From Armatimonadota bacterium (GTDB taxonomy: Bacteria; Armatimonadota; Zipacnadia; Zipacnadales; UBA5352): a stretch of 44,540 nt of DNA. Made by a program: the position numbers and the translations under genes. Below the pieces are notes generated by a model, which had not been told where the DNA came from, did no database searches, and saw only the letters and a program-made list of their open reading frames with translations. The stretch lies in contig JAYENL010000077.1 in NCBI GenBank assembly GCA_034722055.1, forward strand, positions 1-44,540, written 5' to 3'. Positions 35,058-44,451 of this stretch are shown in pieces (the stretch's first letter is position 1; each line of letters begins with the position of its first letter).

Positions 35058-35972
35058 CTATGATGCGGTGAACTCCAGCTCCACCGGCTCGCCACCGGCC
35101 TGCGCGGACTGCAGCGCGGCGCTCATGAAGGCCGCGATCTCGATGGTCTCGTCGATGTCCAGTGGCGCCTCGCCGGTCTCGAACATCCCCACGATGCGCT
35201 TCAGCAGCTCGCGGTAGATGTAGGCGGTGCTGATCCGCTCCATGCGCACGCCCTCGTCGCCCCAGACGGTGAAGCCGTAGGCGTGCGCGCCCTCCCGGGT
35301 GCCGCGCATGGAGGCCACGCGACCGTCCCGCCACCGGCCCACGTTCACCTCGCCGGTCTGGTCGAAGTAGCACGAGACCCTCTCGCAGCCGGGGCCCATG
35401 AGGGCGTAGAGGGTCTCGACGCCATGGATGCCGTAGTGCAGCAGGCCGGGGTTCGCCTCATGCAGGCTGGCGGGGCTGTAGGCGTTGGCGCCGATGACCT
35501 CGCCGACGCCCTCCTCGTCCTGCGCGGCGTCCACCACCTCCGGGGCGTAGCGCAGTGACGATGACGAGAACACCGGCACGCCGTTCTCCTCCGCCAGGCG
35601 CTTGATCTCCAGGCCGTCCTCGACGCTGGCCACGAAGGGCTTGTCGATGTAGGTGGGGAGCCCGGCCTCGATGAACGGTCGGGCCTTCTCCAGGTGCTGA
35701 CTGCCGGCCTGCGACTCCACGAGCACCGCGTCCACCATCCCGACCAGCTCCTCGAGGCTGTCCACCGTCTCGACGCCCCAGCCGGTGAGCTGCTGCTCGT
35801 ACTCCGCCATGCGCTCGGGATCGGTGATCTCGCTCTGGCCCACGAAGCCGGCGACCACGCGATACTCGCTGTCGATGTACTGCTCCTCGTCCAGCTCCCC
35901 AACGTGATTGAGGCGCATGGTGAACTGCACCACGTGCGACGTATCCCAGTCAACGATACCAACGCGCTTCAT
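35058..35972 (-). CDS. Gfo/Idh/MocA family oxidoreductase
   Basis: MKRVGIVDWDTSH, VDAVLVES, HLEKARPFIEAGLPTYIDKPF, VFSSSSLRY and HYGIHGVETL. AGGAGG RBS before ATG 35972; the track start at 36383 is an over-extension. Confidence 0.9.
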   Translation of the reverse strand: MKRVGIVDWDTSHVVQFTMRLNHVGELDEEQYIDSEYRVVAGFVGQSEITDPERMAEYEQQLTGWGVETVDSLEELVGMVDAVLVESQAGSQHLEKARPFIEAGLPTYIDKPFVASVEDGLEIKRLAEENGVPVFSSSSLRYAPEVVDAAQDEEGVGEVIGANAYSPASLHEANPGLLHYGIHGVETLYALMGPGCERVSCYFDQTGEVNVGRWRDGRVASMRGTREGAHAYGFTVWGDEGVRMERISTAYIYRELLKRIVGMFETGEAPLDIDETIEIAAFMSAALQSAQAGGEPVELEFTAS

Positions 35973-36157
35973 CGGTAGCCTCCTGCGGCAGTGTGACGTA
36001 AGGTTGGCGCGTCTCCAGCGCCAGCCCATGCTGGCGCCACGAGAGAGTTCGCGACCGCTGCGTGGGTTCCTTCGTGGGACGACAACGGCGCCTTCCCCGA
36101 CCCGAGCTACGCTCGGCCCACCCGCCCCTGGCGCCACACACGACGTGGCGCAAGAAG

Positions 36158-36271
36158 CGGCGGGCCGGACAGTAGTCCGGCCCCTCCATACAGCGCGACA
36201 ACGACCACGGACAACGGCCTCAACGGCCGGCGGCGTGGGCACGCCGCCGCTCCGTACGACAAAGGCATCGC
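36158..36271 (-). repeat. REP-like doublet (copies 4 and 5); right arm of the inverted repeat
   Basis: Reverse complement reads GCGATGCCT..TGTCGTACGGAG-CGGCGGCGT-gccc-ACGCCGCCG-GCCGTTG...GTATGGAG-GGGCCGGAC-tact-GTCCGGCCC-GCCG, collinear with 34848-34955. Confidence 0.85.
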
Positions 36272-36420
36272 GCTTGCCAAAGGGCGCGTATCCATGGCGC
36301 GCCTGTCGTTGCCCTTCGCCGTTCTCCCCCTCTCCCGCCCGCCGGCGATGCCCGCCAGGGAGAGGGGGAACGCAGTTCGCCACGCGAACTGCAAGGGGGT
36401 GAGGCTGCCGTCAGCGCTCG

Positions 36421-38283
36421 TCACTCTTCCGCTGGCCTGATGCCGAAGACATGTTCCGGACTCAACGACACCACCGGCGGCAGCGGGTCCGGCAGCGTCA
36501 GGTAGAGATCCTCCAGGATGCCCACATCCGCGCGCGTCAGCGCCAGAGACCACGTCTCGCCGTGGTGGCCGAGCGCCTGCACCTCCACCGGGGCCTCCGT
36601 GTCCTCTGCGTTGCTTTCGGCTGCCGCGGCCAGCTCGCCGTCGGCCGCGTAGACCTCCACGCGCACCGTCTCATGCCCGCTGGAGCCCTCAGCGAGAATC
36701 GTGAACTCCTCCACCCCCTCGGGCACGCGGAAGTAAAGGCGTTCAGCGCCGCTCATAATGTGCAGGCGGGCCGCGTAGAGCCCCAGCGGCGCGGTGCTCC
36801 GCAGCGGCGCGTACCTGGAGGAGCTGGCCGACGCCAGCAGGTAGTGGATGCCGTCCTGCTCAGGTGTGAAGCGGACCGTTACATCCTCCCCGGCGCCGCC
36901 TTTCTCGCTCGCGACGAGCGTCCCGTCCCGGGTGGTGGCCTCCCAGGTGATGCGATCGCTGCCCTCGCCGATCTGCCCGAGCCTCAGCTCGATCTCAACG
37001 GGTCTTCCGGCCTCGCACGCCACCACCATCAGGTTCGGCCCTCGCAGCCACACGATGGGATACTCGGCGGGCTCTCCGGTTACCCCCGGCGGCACGAGGC
37101 GCTCCACCCGCCGCCGCATCTCGGGCTTCGCCAGCGGATGGTAGATGATGGGCTCGATGCCGATCTCCAACTCGGTCTCGTGGCGCGGATCCGCGGCCAG
37201 CCGATCCAGCTCCTCATTGCCGCGCTCCATGGCCTGCCAGTACTGCTCGGCGGTGCCGGCGGCGAGGTAGTAGTCTCCGGAGCGCTCCTCGGGCGGCGTC
37301 CAGAGCGTGTATGCCGTGAACAGCCAGTAGCCGTCACACTCCGCGGAGGTGTGATAGATGTAGGCCGCCAGGTTCTTCGCCGAGTAGCGACGCAGCAGCA
37401 TCCCGGCGCAGTAGCGCGCGTTGACGCCCAGCTCTTCGTAGTGCTCGCGCCAGTCGTCCGGGACGCGATCCGGCCCGCCTCCGCCGTAGGTGTCGGTCGC
37501 CCACAGGATGATGGGCAGGCGCTGTGTCGAGAACGCCCGCGCCACGGCCTCCAGCGACCAGTTGTGCGGCGTCGGATAGAAGCCCAGCAGCAGGTTCGGT
37601 GCCATCTCATGCACCTGCTCGCGGACCTCGCGCGCCAGCCCCTCCACCCGCGTGCCCAGGAAGGGCTGATACTCCTCCGTGTAGCCCTGCTCCTCCAGCC
37701 ACGGACGGCGGTGGGCGTAGTCGAGATCCGGCATCTCGATGCCCTTGGAGCGACAGAACTCGCCGAAACAGTGGTCGCAGTAGCAGGCGTTGGTGTAGTA
37801 GCGCTGGCCGGTGATCGTGGAGTAGAGCTCGAAGTCGATCCAGAGGCCATCCACCTGCAGCTCCGGGTCGGCAGCCAGCTCCGCGCGCTCCAGCATTCCC
37901 GGCAGCAGGTGCTCGCGCCAGAAGCGCTCTTCGAGCGGGCAGGCGTAGCGCTCCACCGTGCCGTCGGCGAGCACCGCCCGCCGGAGGCCCTCCTCCTCGG
38001 CGTTGACGTTGAAGTTCAGCGCCAGGAATGTGTGCATGCCCTGATGCCTCCTCGCCTCCCGGAGGTAGGGCATGGCCCTCTCGATGCCGGCCTTGAGGAT
38101 CATGGCGTTCATGCCCACGTCCACGAGCTGCTGCGTCTTCTCCTCAGCCGGCGGCCGGGCGTAGAAGTAGGCGGCGCGGATCCTCTCGCTGTCGATCCAG
38201 GCCAGCGGATCATCCTCCTGGGCGTGAAGCAATCGGCCGGAGAGGACTATCAGGGCCACGAGGACAACTATGAGAGTGCGCAC
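36421..38283 (-). CDS. Secreted hypothetical protein, putative glycoside-hydrolase-like TIM barrel plus beta-sandwich domains
   Basis: Signal peptide; VGMNAMILK, YACPLEERFW, VDGLWIDFELY, CYCDHCFGEF, PNLLLGFY and DGYWLF; beta-rich C-terminal region. GAGGTG RBS before the GTG. Confidence 0.6.
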   Translation of the reverse strand: MRTLIVVLVALIVLSGRLLHAQEDDPLAWIDSERIRAAYFYARPPAEEKTQQLVDVGMNAMILKAGIERAMPYLREARRHQGMHTFLALNFNVNAEEEGLRRAVLADGTVERYACPLEERFWREHLLPGMLERAELAADPELQVDGLWIDFELYSTITGQRYYTNACYCDHCFGEFCRSKGIEMPDLDYAHRRPWLEEQGYTEEYQPFLGTRVEGLAREVREQVHEMAPNLLLGFYPTPHNWSLEAVARAFSTQRLPIILWATDTYGGGGPDRVPDDWREHYEELGVNARYCAGMLLRRYSAKNLAAYIYHTSAECDGYWLFTAYTLWTPPEERSGDYYLAAGTAEQYWQAMERGNEELDRLAADPRHETELEIGIEPIIYHPLAKPEMRRRVERLVPPGVTGEPAEYPIVWLRGPNLMVVACEAGRPVEIELRLGQIGEGSDRITWEATTRDGTLVASEKGGAGEDVTVRFTPEQDGIHYLLASASSSRYAPLRSTAPLGLYAARLHIMSGAERLYFRVPEGVEEFTILAEGSSGHETVRVEVYAADGELAAAAESNAEDTEAPVEVQALGHHGETWSLALTRADVGILEDLYLTLPDPLPPVVSLSPEHVFGIRPAEE

Positions 38284-38383
38284 CAGGTCTCACCTCGATC
38301 GCCGGAGCTTTACACGCGGAGCCTTTCGAGGCGGCCGGGGCGGAGGCCTGCTTCTCAGATGCACAGTGCGAAGGAGGAGACTC

Positions 38384-40657
38384 ATGCGCCTGATCGGTCT
38401 GCTGACGGTCATCATGCTGGTCATCGCTGCCACCTGCGTGGCGCAGGACGAGGAGCGACACCCCGGCTGGGAGCCGGAGCCGGGCGACCTGGACCCGGAG
38501 CGCAACATCGCGCTGGGCAAGACCGTGACCTATGCGCCGCTGCCCAACTACAGGCTGACGAGGGAGGGCGACACGGACCCCACGGACCTCACCGACGGGG
38601 AGCTCTCGGACCATCATCGCGGCCACCTTTGGTTCCAGAGCAAGTGTGTGGGCTGGAGCTACGGCGGGCGCGCGAACCTGGCGGTGGACCTCGGCGCCGT
38701 GGAGCCCATCGACGAGATCGCCATCCGCATCCAGGGCGGCTCGCCGCAGGCGGGCATCTGCACGCCGGTGTGGATGGAGGCGCTGGTGAGCGACGACGGG
38801 GAGGTCTACCGGCGCGTGGGGGAGTTCTCCACCTTCCGCCGCGGTGACCTGGAGCGCTTCGGAGTCCCCCCGCACGCCGGCGAGGCCTGGGTCCATCGCT
38901 TCCGGTTCAGCGACCTGGCTACGCGCGGGCGATACGTGGGACTGCGCCTGTATGGCGCGGGGCTGACCGTGGCGGATGAGATGTACGTCTTCCGAGGCGA
39001 GCACGATCCGGGGGCGTGCGACATGGCGGCGCTGCCGGTGACGGACTTCTCCGTGAAGCGCCCGCAGATGTACCTGCACAAGCCCTACCTGTGCTTCCTC
39101 ACCAACCTCGCCGCGCCGAATCCGGTGGGGATGGTCGTGCCGCCGGGGTTCGAGGAGCAGGGGGTAGTCGTCACGCTGGAGCTGCCGCCGGGCGTTGAGC
39201 TGGTTGGGGGTGGCGGCTTCGGGATGGCGGAGGACGCGACTCCGCTGAGTGAGATCGGCGGCAGGCAGATCGCGGATGACTGGACGCGGTACGAGTGGCA
39301 GGGCAGCGCGGCCGCCTCCACCAAGACCTGGGGGCGGCTGTTCATCACTGGCGACTGGGAGGATGGCCGGGAGGGCGAGCTGCGCTATCGGCTGACCTAC
39401 GCCGACGGCTCCCAGGGCCCGCTGGTGTCCGTGCCGCTGCGGGCCATGGAGGTCCCGCCAACGCCGCAGCCCGAACGGCTGGTGACGGGCCTGAGCTGGT
39501 ACAACTTCACGAGCATCATGCAGTGGCCGGGCGGCCTGGACGACTTCGCGGCGCTGGGCATGAATACCATCACGGGCTTTATCCACTGGCTCCGCGATGT
39601 GGAGGAGCACCAGGAGGCGTGGGACTTCTGGGAGCGGGCCCGCGATCGCGGCTTCAAGCTCCTGAACATCGACTCCACCTTCCACCGCATGCACAGGGAT
39701 GACGAGATCTACTGCCAGCTCGAGGATGGGGAGGTCTCCAGCCGCATCTGCCCCAGCTACCGCGGGCAGTACTACCAGCAGGAGATCGAGCGCGTGGCGC
39801 GGCAGTGCGCCATGGCCAGGCCGCACTACCTGTTCTGCGACATCGAGATCTGGAACTGGCAGGGCCCGACCGACGCCGAGAAGTGCACCCGCTGCCAGGC
39901 GGACTTCGCCCAAAGCGGGCTGGATACATGGGAGGAGTGGAAGCTGCAGAAGGGCTACGAGATGTGGACGGACGTGGTTCAGGCGGTGCGGGCGGCGGTC
40001 GAGGAGGCTGGTGGGCCGGAGATGGAGTTCGGCGTGTACGACTGGCGCGCCGGCCACAACTACCAGTTCACCTGGCCCTTCGACCGCCTCTACCCGGAGT
40101 ACCTGCAGAGCTCCCAGCCGTCCACCTACACCCCGCTCTACTGGAGCCACCTGATGCTGGTGGGCGATGAAGCCCGTGTAGACCGGGAGCAGCTTCCCGG
40201 GCCGGACGTGATGCCGTGGATCAGCCCCGGCGATGCGGGGACCTTCGACGGCGAGCGCTTCCGTTACGCGCTGCTGGAGTGCTTCTGCAACGGCTCGCGG
40301 GGGATGAACTTCTGGTCGGGGCGCGTCTGGGACGCGGAGACCCTGGCCGCCTACGCGCGGGTCATCCGCAACCTCGCGCCGGTCGAGGACCTGCTGCTGG
40401 ACGGCGAGCTTCTCGAGGGCGCGCAGGTGCACGGCCCGGGGCGCATCAGCGGCGTGGTCTCGGGCGACGAGATGGTGATCCTGGTCGCCGACTATCTCCG
40501 CGAGGGCGACGGCTCAGTCACGGTCACGCTCCCCGTGAACGCCGCCATGACGGCCACCGATCTCGACACCGGGGAGGCGCTGCAGGTGTCAGCCGACGGG
40601 AGGCTGACGGTGCCGCTTGGCGATGAGCGGGCGCGCATCTTGCACGTCACGCCGTGA
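38384..40657 (+). CDS. Secreted hypothetical protein: galactose-binding/discoidin-like N-terminal domain plus putative GH-like catalytic barrel
   Basis: Signal peptide; NIALGKTVTY...DLTDG...AVDLGAVEPIDEI...SDDG...RGRYVGLRL...DEMYVF (F5/8C-like); then LGMNTI, ICPSYRG, FCDIEIW, KCTRC and GSRGMNFW. AAGGAGG RBS before ATG 38384. Confidence 0.65.
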   Translation: MRLIGLLTVIMLVIAATCVAQDEERHPGWEPEPGDLDPERNIALGKTVTYAPLPNYRLTREGDTDPTDLTDGELSDHHRGHLWFQSKCVGWSYGGRANLAVDLGAVEPIDEIAIRIQGGSPQAGICTPVWMEALVSDDGEVYRRVGEFSTFRRGDLERFGVPPHAGEAWVHRFRFSDLATRGRYVGLRLYGAGLTVADEMYVFRGEHDPGACDMAALPVTDFSVKRPQMYLHKPYLCFLTNLAAPNPVGMVVPPGFEEQGVVVTLELPPGVELVGGGGFGMAEDATPLSEIGGRQIADDWTRYEWQGSAAASTKTWGRLFITGDWEDGREGELRYRLTYADGSQGPLVSVPLRAMEVPPTPQPERLVTGLSWYNFTSIMQWPGGLDDFAALGMNTITGFIHWLRDVEEHQEAWDFWERARDRGFKLLNIDSTFHRMHRDDEIYCQLEDGEVSSRICPSYRGQYYQQEIERVARQCAMARPHYLFCDIEIWNWQGPTDAEKCTRCQADFAQSGLDTWEEWKLQKGYEMWTDVVQAVRAAVEEAGGPEMEFGVYDWRAGHNYQFTWPFDRLYPEYLQSSQPSTYTPLYWSHLMLVGDEARVDREQLPGPDVMPWISPGDAGTFDGERFRYALLECFCNGSRGMNFWSGRVWDAETLAAYARVIRNLAPVEDLLLDGELLEGAQVHGPGRISGVVSGDEMVILVADYLREGDGSVTVTLPVNAAMTATDLDTGEALQVSADGRLTVPLGDERARILHVTP

Positions 40658-40729
40658 CGGGCCCTGCTCTCGCCGCCGCCTCGCCCTGTCGTCGGGACGC
40701 ACCCGGTTGCTGGGAGCGTGGTAGGTGGT

Positions 40730-40962
40730 GCCGTCAGGAGGGGCGGGCTTCCCTGCCCGCCCGGCCATTGTCGCCGAGCGTTCGGCGGACGACAAAGGGC
40801 GCACGCACATGAGTGTGCGTGCCACGGAACGGCGGGAGGGGAGGACGGCACGACAAACGGCGGACGGGGGCGTCCGCACCACGGACGACAGACCGCAACG
40901 GCCCGGGCGCCTTTAGCCGTACGGAGGGGCGGGCTTCCCTGCCCGCCCGGCCGTTGTCGCCG
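40730..40962 (+). repeat. REP-like direct repeats (copies 6 and 7) enclosing two further hairpins
   Basis: 46-bp units at 40731-40776 and 40917-40962 (43/46 identical, stem GGGCGGGC/GCCCGCCC). Internal hairpins GCACGCACA/TGTGCGTGC (40801-40822) and GCGGACG/CGTCCGC (40860-40877). Located between convergent genes. Confidence 0.85.
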
Positions 40963-40985
40963 CGGTGACCGGGCGTTGCGACGCG

Positions 40986-43900
40986 CTACGGCACCAGTGT
41001 CACGCCCAGCAGCACCGGCTGCACCTCGGCCTCGGCGGAGGTCATGCTGATGCTGGCGATCTCCAGGTCAGGCTTGGGGTTCTCCCATTCCCACACCGCC
41101 AGGGTCGCCAGCGCCCCGGCCTGAGTGTGGCCCTGCCACAGATCGACCGCCCGCACCGGCCCGCGCTGGGAATTCCAGTCGCTGATGTTCGCCTCGAACC
41201 TCAACTCCGCCGTCACCTCGCTGCCGTCGGCGTAGCAGATGGTGTAGTGCCCGACCCGGCCCGGCCGGTTGCGCTGCCGGTCGTAGATGTGGCTCACGCG
41301 CTGGTCGGGCACGCTGGTCGTGTGCAGGAACCGCACCCCCCGCGCTCTCGTGCCCACCGGGATCTCCCATACACTTACCGGATAGGCGTCGGTGGGCGTC
41401 TCGGCGTCCGCGAGCATCACACACGAGCGGCCCTCGTTGGCCGCCGGATCGACAAGCTGGAAGGGCGTATCGCCGATCCACGTGCGGCCGGTGGGCAGGG
41501 CCCGGAGATCGTACTCCGGCCCCAGCCGCATCCAGCCGGGCTTGCGCTGGGTGTCGATGGTGCTCTCATTGCAGAACGGAGCGATGTCCACCAGCATGAA
41601 GCGCCGGGGCTGAGGGTGCTGGTTGAGCCGCCACAGGCGGTTGAAGGCGGGAATCGGATGGTAGCCGAGCCGGTCGATCTCCGGCGCGCCCACCGACCAG
41701 CAGTTCTCCGCGCCCAGCACCCAACCCACCGGCACATGCGGAAGCCCGTGGACGTCAGTGCCGACCGCGGACCACGTGGTGCCCAGCATCCCCACTGCCT
41801 CGTGCTCGTGCACCGCCCGGGCGAACCCCCATACGTTCAGCGGATGATACCACGGGCAGCCCAGGGCCTCGAAGCCGTGCTCCTCCCAGTAGCTGAGCGT
41901 CTCGTCGAAGTCGTGCGTGGGCGAGTAGTGCCAGTCACAGATGAGGATGTCCTGAGACCGCGCAGCGGTCTCCCGCAGCTCGTCGGTCACCGCTGCCGTG
42001 CCGTACTTCATCCCGTTGTGCGAGGGCAGGAACATGTCGCCCCACATCAGAGTCCTGATGCCCCGCTCGGCCAGGTGGTCGTGGAGCTTCACGATATCGC
42101 CCACGAACAGCTCCGCGGGATCCTGGTCGCGGCAGCGGGGGCAGGTGCCGATATCGTCGAAGGTGGCCTCATCGTGACCGATATGGAAGTAGTCCGAGCC
42201 GAACACATCGATCAGCTCGTCCATGAGGTCGAACACCAGCGGATAGGTCTCCGGATGCGAGGGGCAGTAGTTGAACAGACTCCGGTGGCCCAGCGTGGTC
42301 TCCTGCGCCTCCGCCAGGTGCCGCCACTCCTCGTGGCGGAGCACGTAGCCGAAGTGGGCGAAGGTGGCGAGCTGGGGGAAGATGCGGAAGTGCCGCTCCC
42401 GGGCGTACTCCACCAGCTCCCTGAGTTGCTGCTTGCTGGGCGCGTCATCTCGGGCGATCTCCGGGTGACTCTCGTACTGCAGCTTGTCGTTGACCTCCAG
42501 GCAGATGGTGTTGTACTTCAGCAGCGCCAGAAAGTCGATGAACTCCCGGTAGATATCCAGCTCCGGAGCGCGCGGGCCGGCCACATGCCACGCCCGCCAG
42601 CCCGTGTCCGGCCAGTCGCGGACCTCGCAGGCGTAGACCATCGGCCCGCGAGCGTCGCGGGTGAGCATCTGCCGCAGCGTCTGCACCCCGTGGAAGGCCC
42701 CGCGCACATCCGCGCCCGCCACGTCGATGCCCTGCCCTGTGACCGTGAGCCGGTAGCCCTCGGGCGGGAGGTCGCCGCCCTTGGCCACGCGGATGGCGAT
42801 GGTGTTCGGACCGGGCCTGCCGCCGGCCTCAATCGCGAGTGGCAGCAGAAAGCGCTCGTGGACGTCCGCCTGCAGCATCCGCGCCGCCATCTCGTGCTCC
42901 TCGCTCACCGGCGCAATGACGGTATCGGTGTCGGGCCTGAAGGCCCCCTCCCGCCAGGTGAGCGACTGCGGCTGCGGGATGACCGTGGGCTTCGGCGGCC
43001 GGTAGTCGCGGTGGCGCGAAACCTCGACCGGCGCCTTGGCGCGACCGCCGGCGAAGGCCAGCGTCCCGAAGCGCTCCGGGACGGCGTAGAACTCGCCGGG
43101 GGTGTACGACCACGTGGAGTTCTGCTCCTCCCCGGTGGCCCGCCGCGTGCGGCAGAAGCTCGCGCCCCAGGTCACGCCCGGCGATGGCCGCCCGCCCACC
43201 TCGCTGAAGGGCAGGCGCAGCTCCGCGAACCAGGCGCCGTCGTCCACCCGCGCGGCAGCCGTCCACTGCGGCATGGGCACCTCCCCGCCCGTCCCGGTGC
43301 CGTACCAGGTAGTGTAGAAGCGCGCCTCCATCCGCCGCTCCTGCCACTTGGCGCCGCTGGCGCTCACGCCCAGGTGCACGTAGCCGGAGCGCTCGTGCTC
43401 GGTGTCGAGGAAGGCCTCCACGCAGTCATCGCCCCAGACCGCGCTGCTGTCCTCCTGCGCGTCGGTCACGAGAGCCTCGATGTTGGGCTCCTGGCACTCG
43501 AACGCGATATAGACGGCCTCGGCGTCGAAGCACACCAGCGCGCGGGTGCCCACCTCGGCCCGCTCTCCCTCGCCTCCGAGCACCATGAAGTCGCCGGCCA
43601 CCCCCGCGCTCTCCCAGGCGGCGTCAGCGAGGTCGCCGTCGATTCTGGGCGCGGCATCCACCATTGGCACGCGCAGGCTCGGCCGCTCGGCAATCATCAC
43701 CAGCGCGGCGTCATCGAACCACACTGTGCCGGGACCGTTCGAGATCAACGAGAGCTTGAGCGCGTTGGTGGTCTGCTGCGTCGTCACGGTGCCCGACACC
43801 CGCTGCCAGCCATCGGTGGCGGCGCCCTGGCCGACGGTGTTCGTGATGTACTCCTCGCCCTCGCCGGCGAACTCGTAGAGGATGACCGTCCATGCCCCCG

Positions 43901-44234
43901 TGGCCCTGACCCAGGCCTCCACGCGGTATGTCGCCTCGGGCCGGGCCTTGAGGCCGTCCTGGCTGATGCGGATCCAGGCGGCATTGTCGCTGGTATGCTC
44001 GATGCGCTGGCTGGTGCCGCCGGAGCGCGCGATCTCGGTGTCGATCGCCAGCTCGCCCTCCGCTCCGTCAGCCTCGTGGATGTTGGGGTCCCACTCATCT
44101 GCGACTCCGTCGCCGTCGGCGTCTCCCATGGACGGATTGGGCAGCAGGTTCGTCAGCGACCACGCCGGCAGCGCAAACGCCACCAGCAGGATCGCGATGA
44201 TCATCGCGGCTCTCCAGTGACAGGGCGCGGACAT
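40986..44234 (-). CDS. Secreted multi-domain GH20 family beta-N-acetylhexosaminidase (CBM4/9-like, CBM9/DOMON-like, GH20 domain 2, catalytic barrel, C-terminal beta-sandwich)
   Basis: Signal peptide; NLLPNPSM...VWFDDAAL; APRIDGDLADAAW...DDCVEAFLD...WFAELRLPF; VIPQPQSL...EGYRL...GAFHGVQTLRQ...VRDWPD; LKYNTICLE; catalytic FHIGHDEA; MWGDM and DWHY. AGGAG RBS before ATG 44234. Confidence 0.88.
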   Translation of the reverse strand: MSAPCHWRAAMIIAILLVAFALPAWSLTNLLPNPSMGDADGDGVADEWDPNIHEADGAEGELAIDTEIARSGGTSQRIEHTSDNAAWIRISQDGLKARPEATYRVEAWVRATGAWTVILYEFAGEGEEYITNTVGQGAATDGWQRVSGTVTTQQTTNALKLSLISNGPGTVWFDDAALVMIAERPSLRVPMVDAAPRIDGDLADAAWESAGVAGDFMVLGGEGERAEVGTRALVCFDAEAVYIAFECQEPNIEALVTDAQEDSSAVWGDDCVEAFLDTEHERSGYVHLGVSASGAKWQERRMEARFYTTWYGTGTGGEVPMPQWTAAARVDDGAWFAELRLPFSEVGGRPSPGVTWGASFCRTRRATGEEQNSTWSYTPGEFYAVPERFGTLAFAGGRAKAPVEVSRHRDYRPPKPTVIPQPQSLTWREGAFRPDTDTVIAPVSEEHEMAARMLQADVHERFLLPLAIEAGGRPGPNTIAIRVAKGGDLPPEGYRLTVTGQGIDVAGADVRGAFHGVQTLRQMLTRDARGPMVYACEVRDWPDTGWRAWHVAGPRAPELDIYREFIDFLALLKYNTICLEVNDKLQYESHPEIARDDAPSKQQLRELVEYARERHFRIFPQLATFAHFGYVLRHEEWRHLAEAQETTLGHRSLFNYCPSHPETYPLVFDLMDELIDVFGSDYFHIGHDEATFDDIGTCPRCRDQDPAELFVGDIVKLHDHLAERGIRTLMWGDMFLPSHNGMKYGTAAVTDELRETAARSQDILICDWHYSPTHDFDETLSYWEEHGFEALGCPWYHPLNVWGFARAVHEHEAVGMLGTTWSAVGTDVHGLPHVPVGWVLGAENCWSVGAPEIDRLGYHPIPAFNRLWRLNQHPQPRRFMLVDIAPFCNESTIDTQRKPGWMRLGPEYDLRALPTGRTWIGDTPFQLVDPAANEGRSCVMLADAETPTDAYPVSVWEIPVGTRARGVRFLHTTSVPDQRVSHIYDRQRNRPGRVGHYTICYADGSEVTAELRFEANISDWNSQRGPVRAVDLWQGHTQAGALATLAVWEWENPKPDLEIASISMTSAEAEVQPVLLGVTLVP

Positions 44235-44451
44235 GCCATCCATCTCCTGACAGGTCGATACTCGAAGCCATGATCTGACACGTGCGCAAGCCAACCACAA
44301 TGGCTCCCCCCGCCCCCCGCTATTCGCCTCTTGGCGGAGACCTTCCTTGTAGCATCCGGGGAGGAGAGCGTGGCAGCCCGCGCGAATACCCTCCCGTTAC
44401 CCCAACCACCTCCCGGCGGCCTATCGGCCGCCTGAGCTGGAGACGATAGCC

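Noticed and set aside
40730..40962. CRISPR repeats or prophage att sites
   Set aside because: Only two copies, 186 bp apart, and the same motif is dispersed elsewhere in the window. There is no cas gene or integrase.
40965..44273. 1102-aa plus-strand ORF (also the 798-, 740-, 736-, 725- and 679-aa antisense ORFs elsewhere)
   Set aside because: These mirror real genes (GH20, the secreted pair, recJ, serA, pyrG) on the opposite strand, with Arg/Gly/Pro/His-rich non-protein-like composition.
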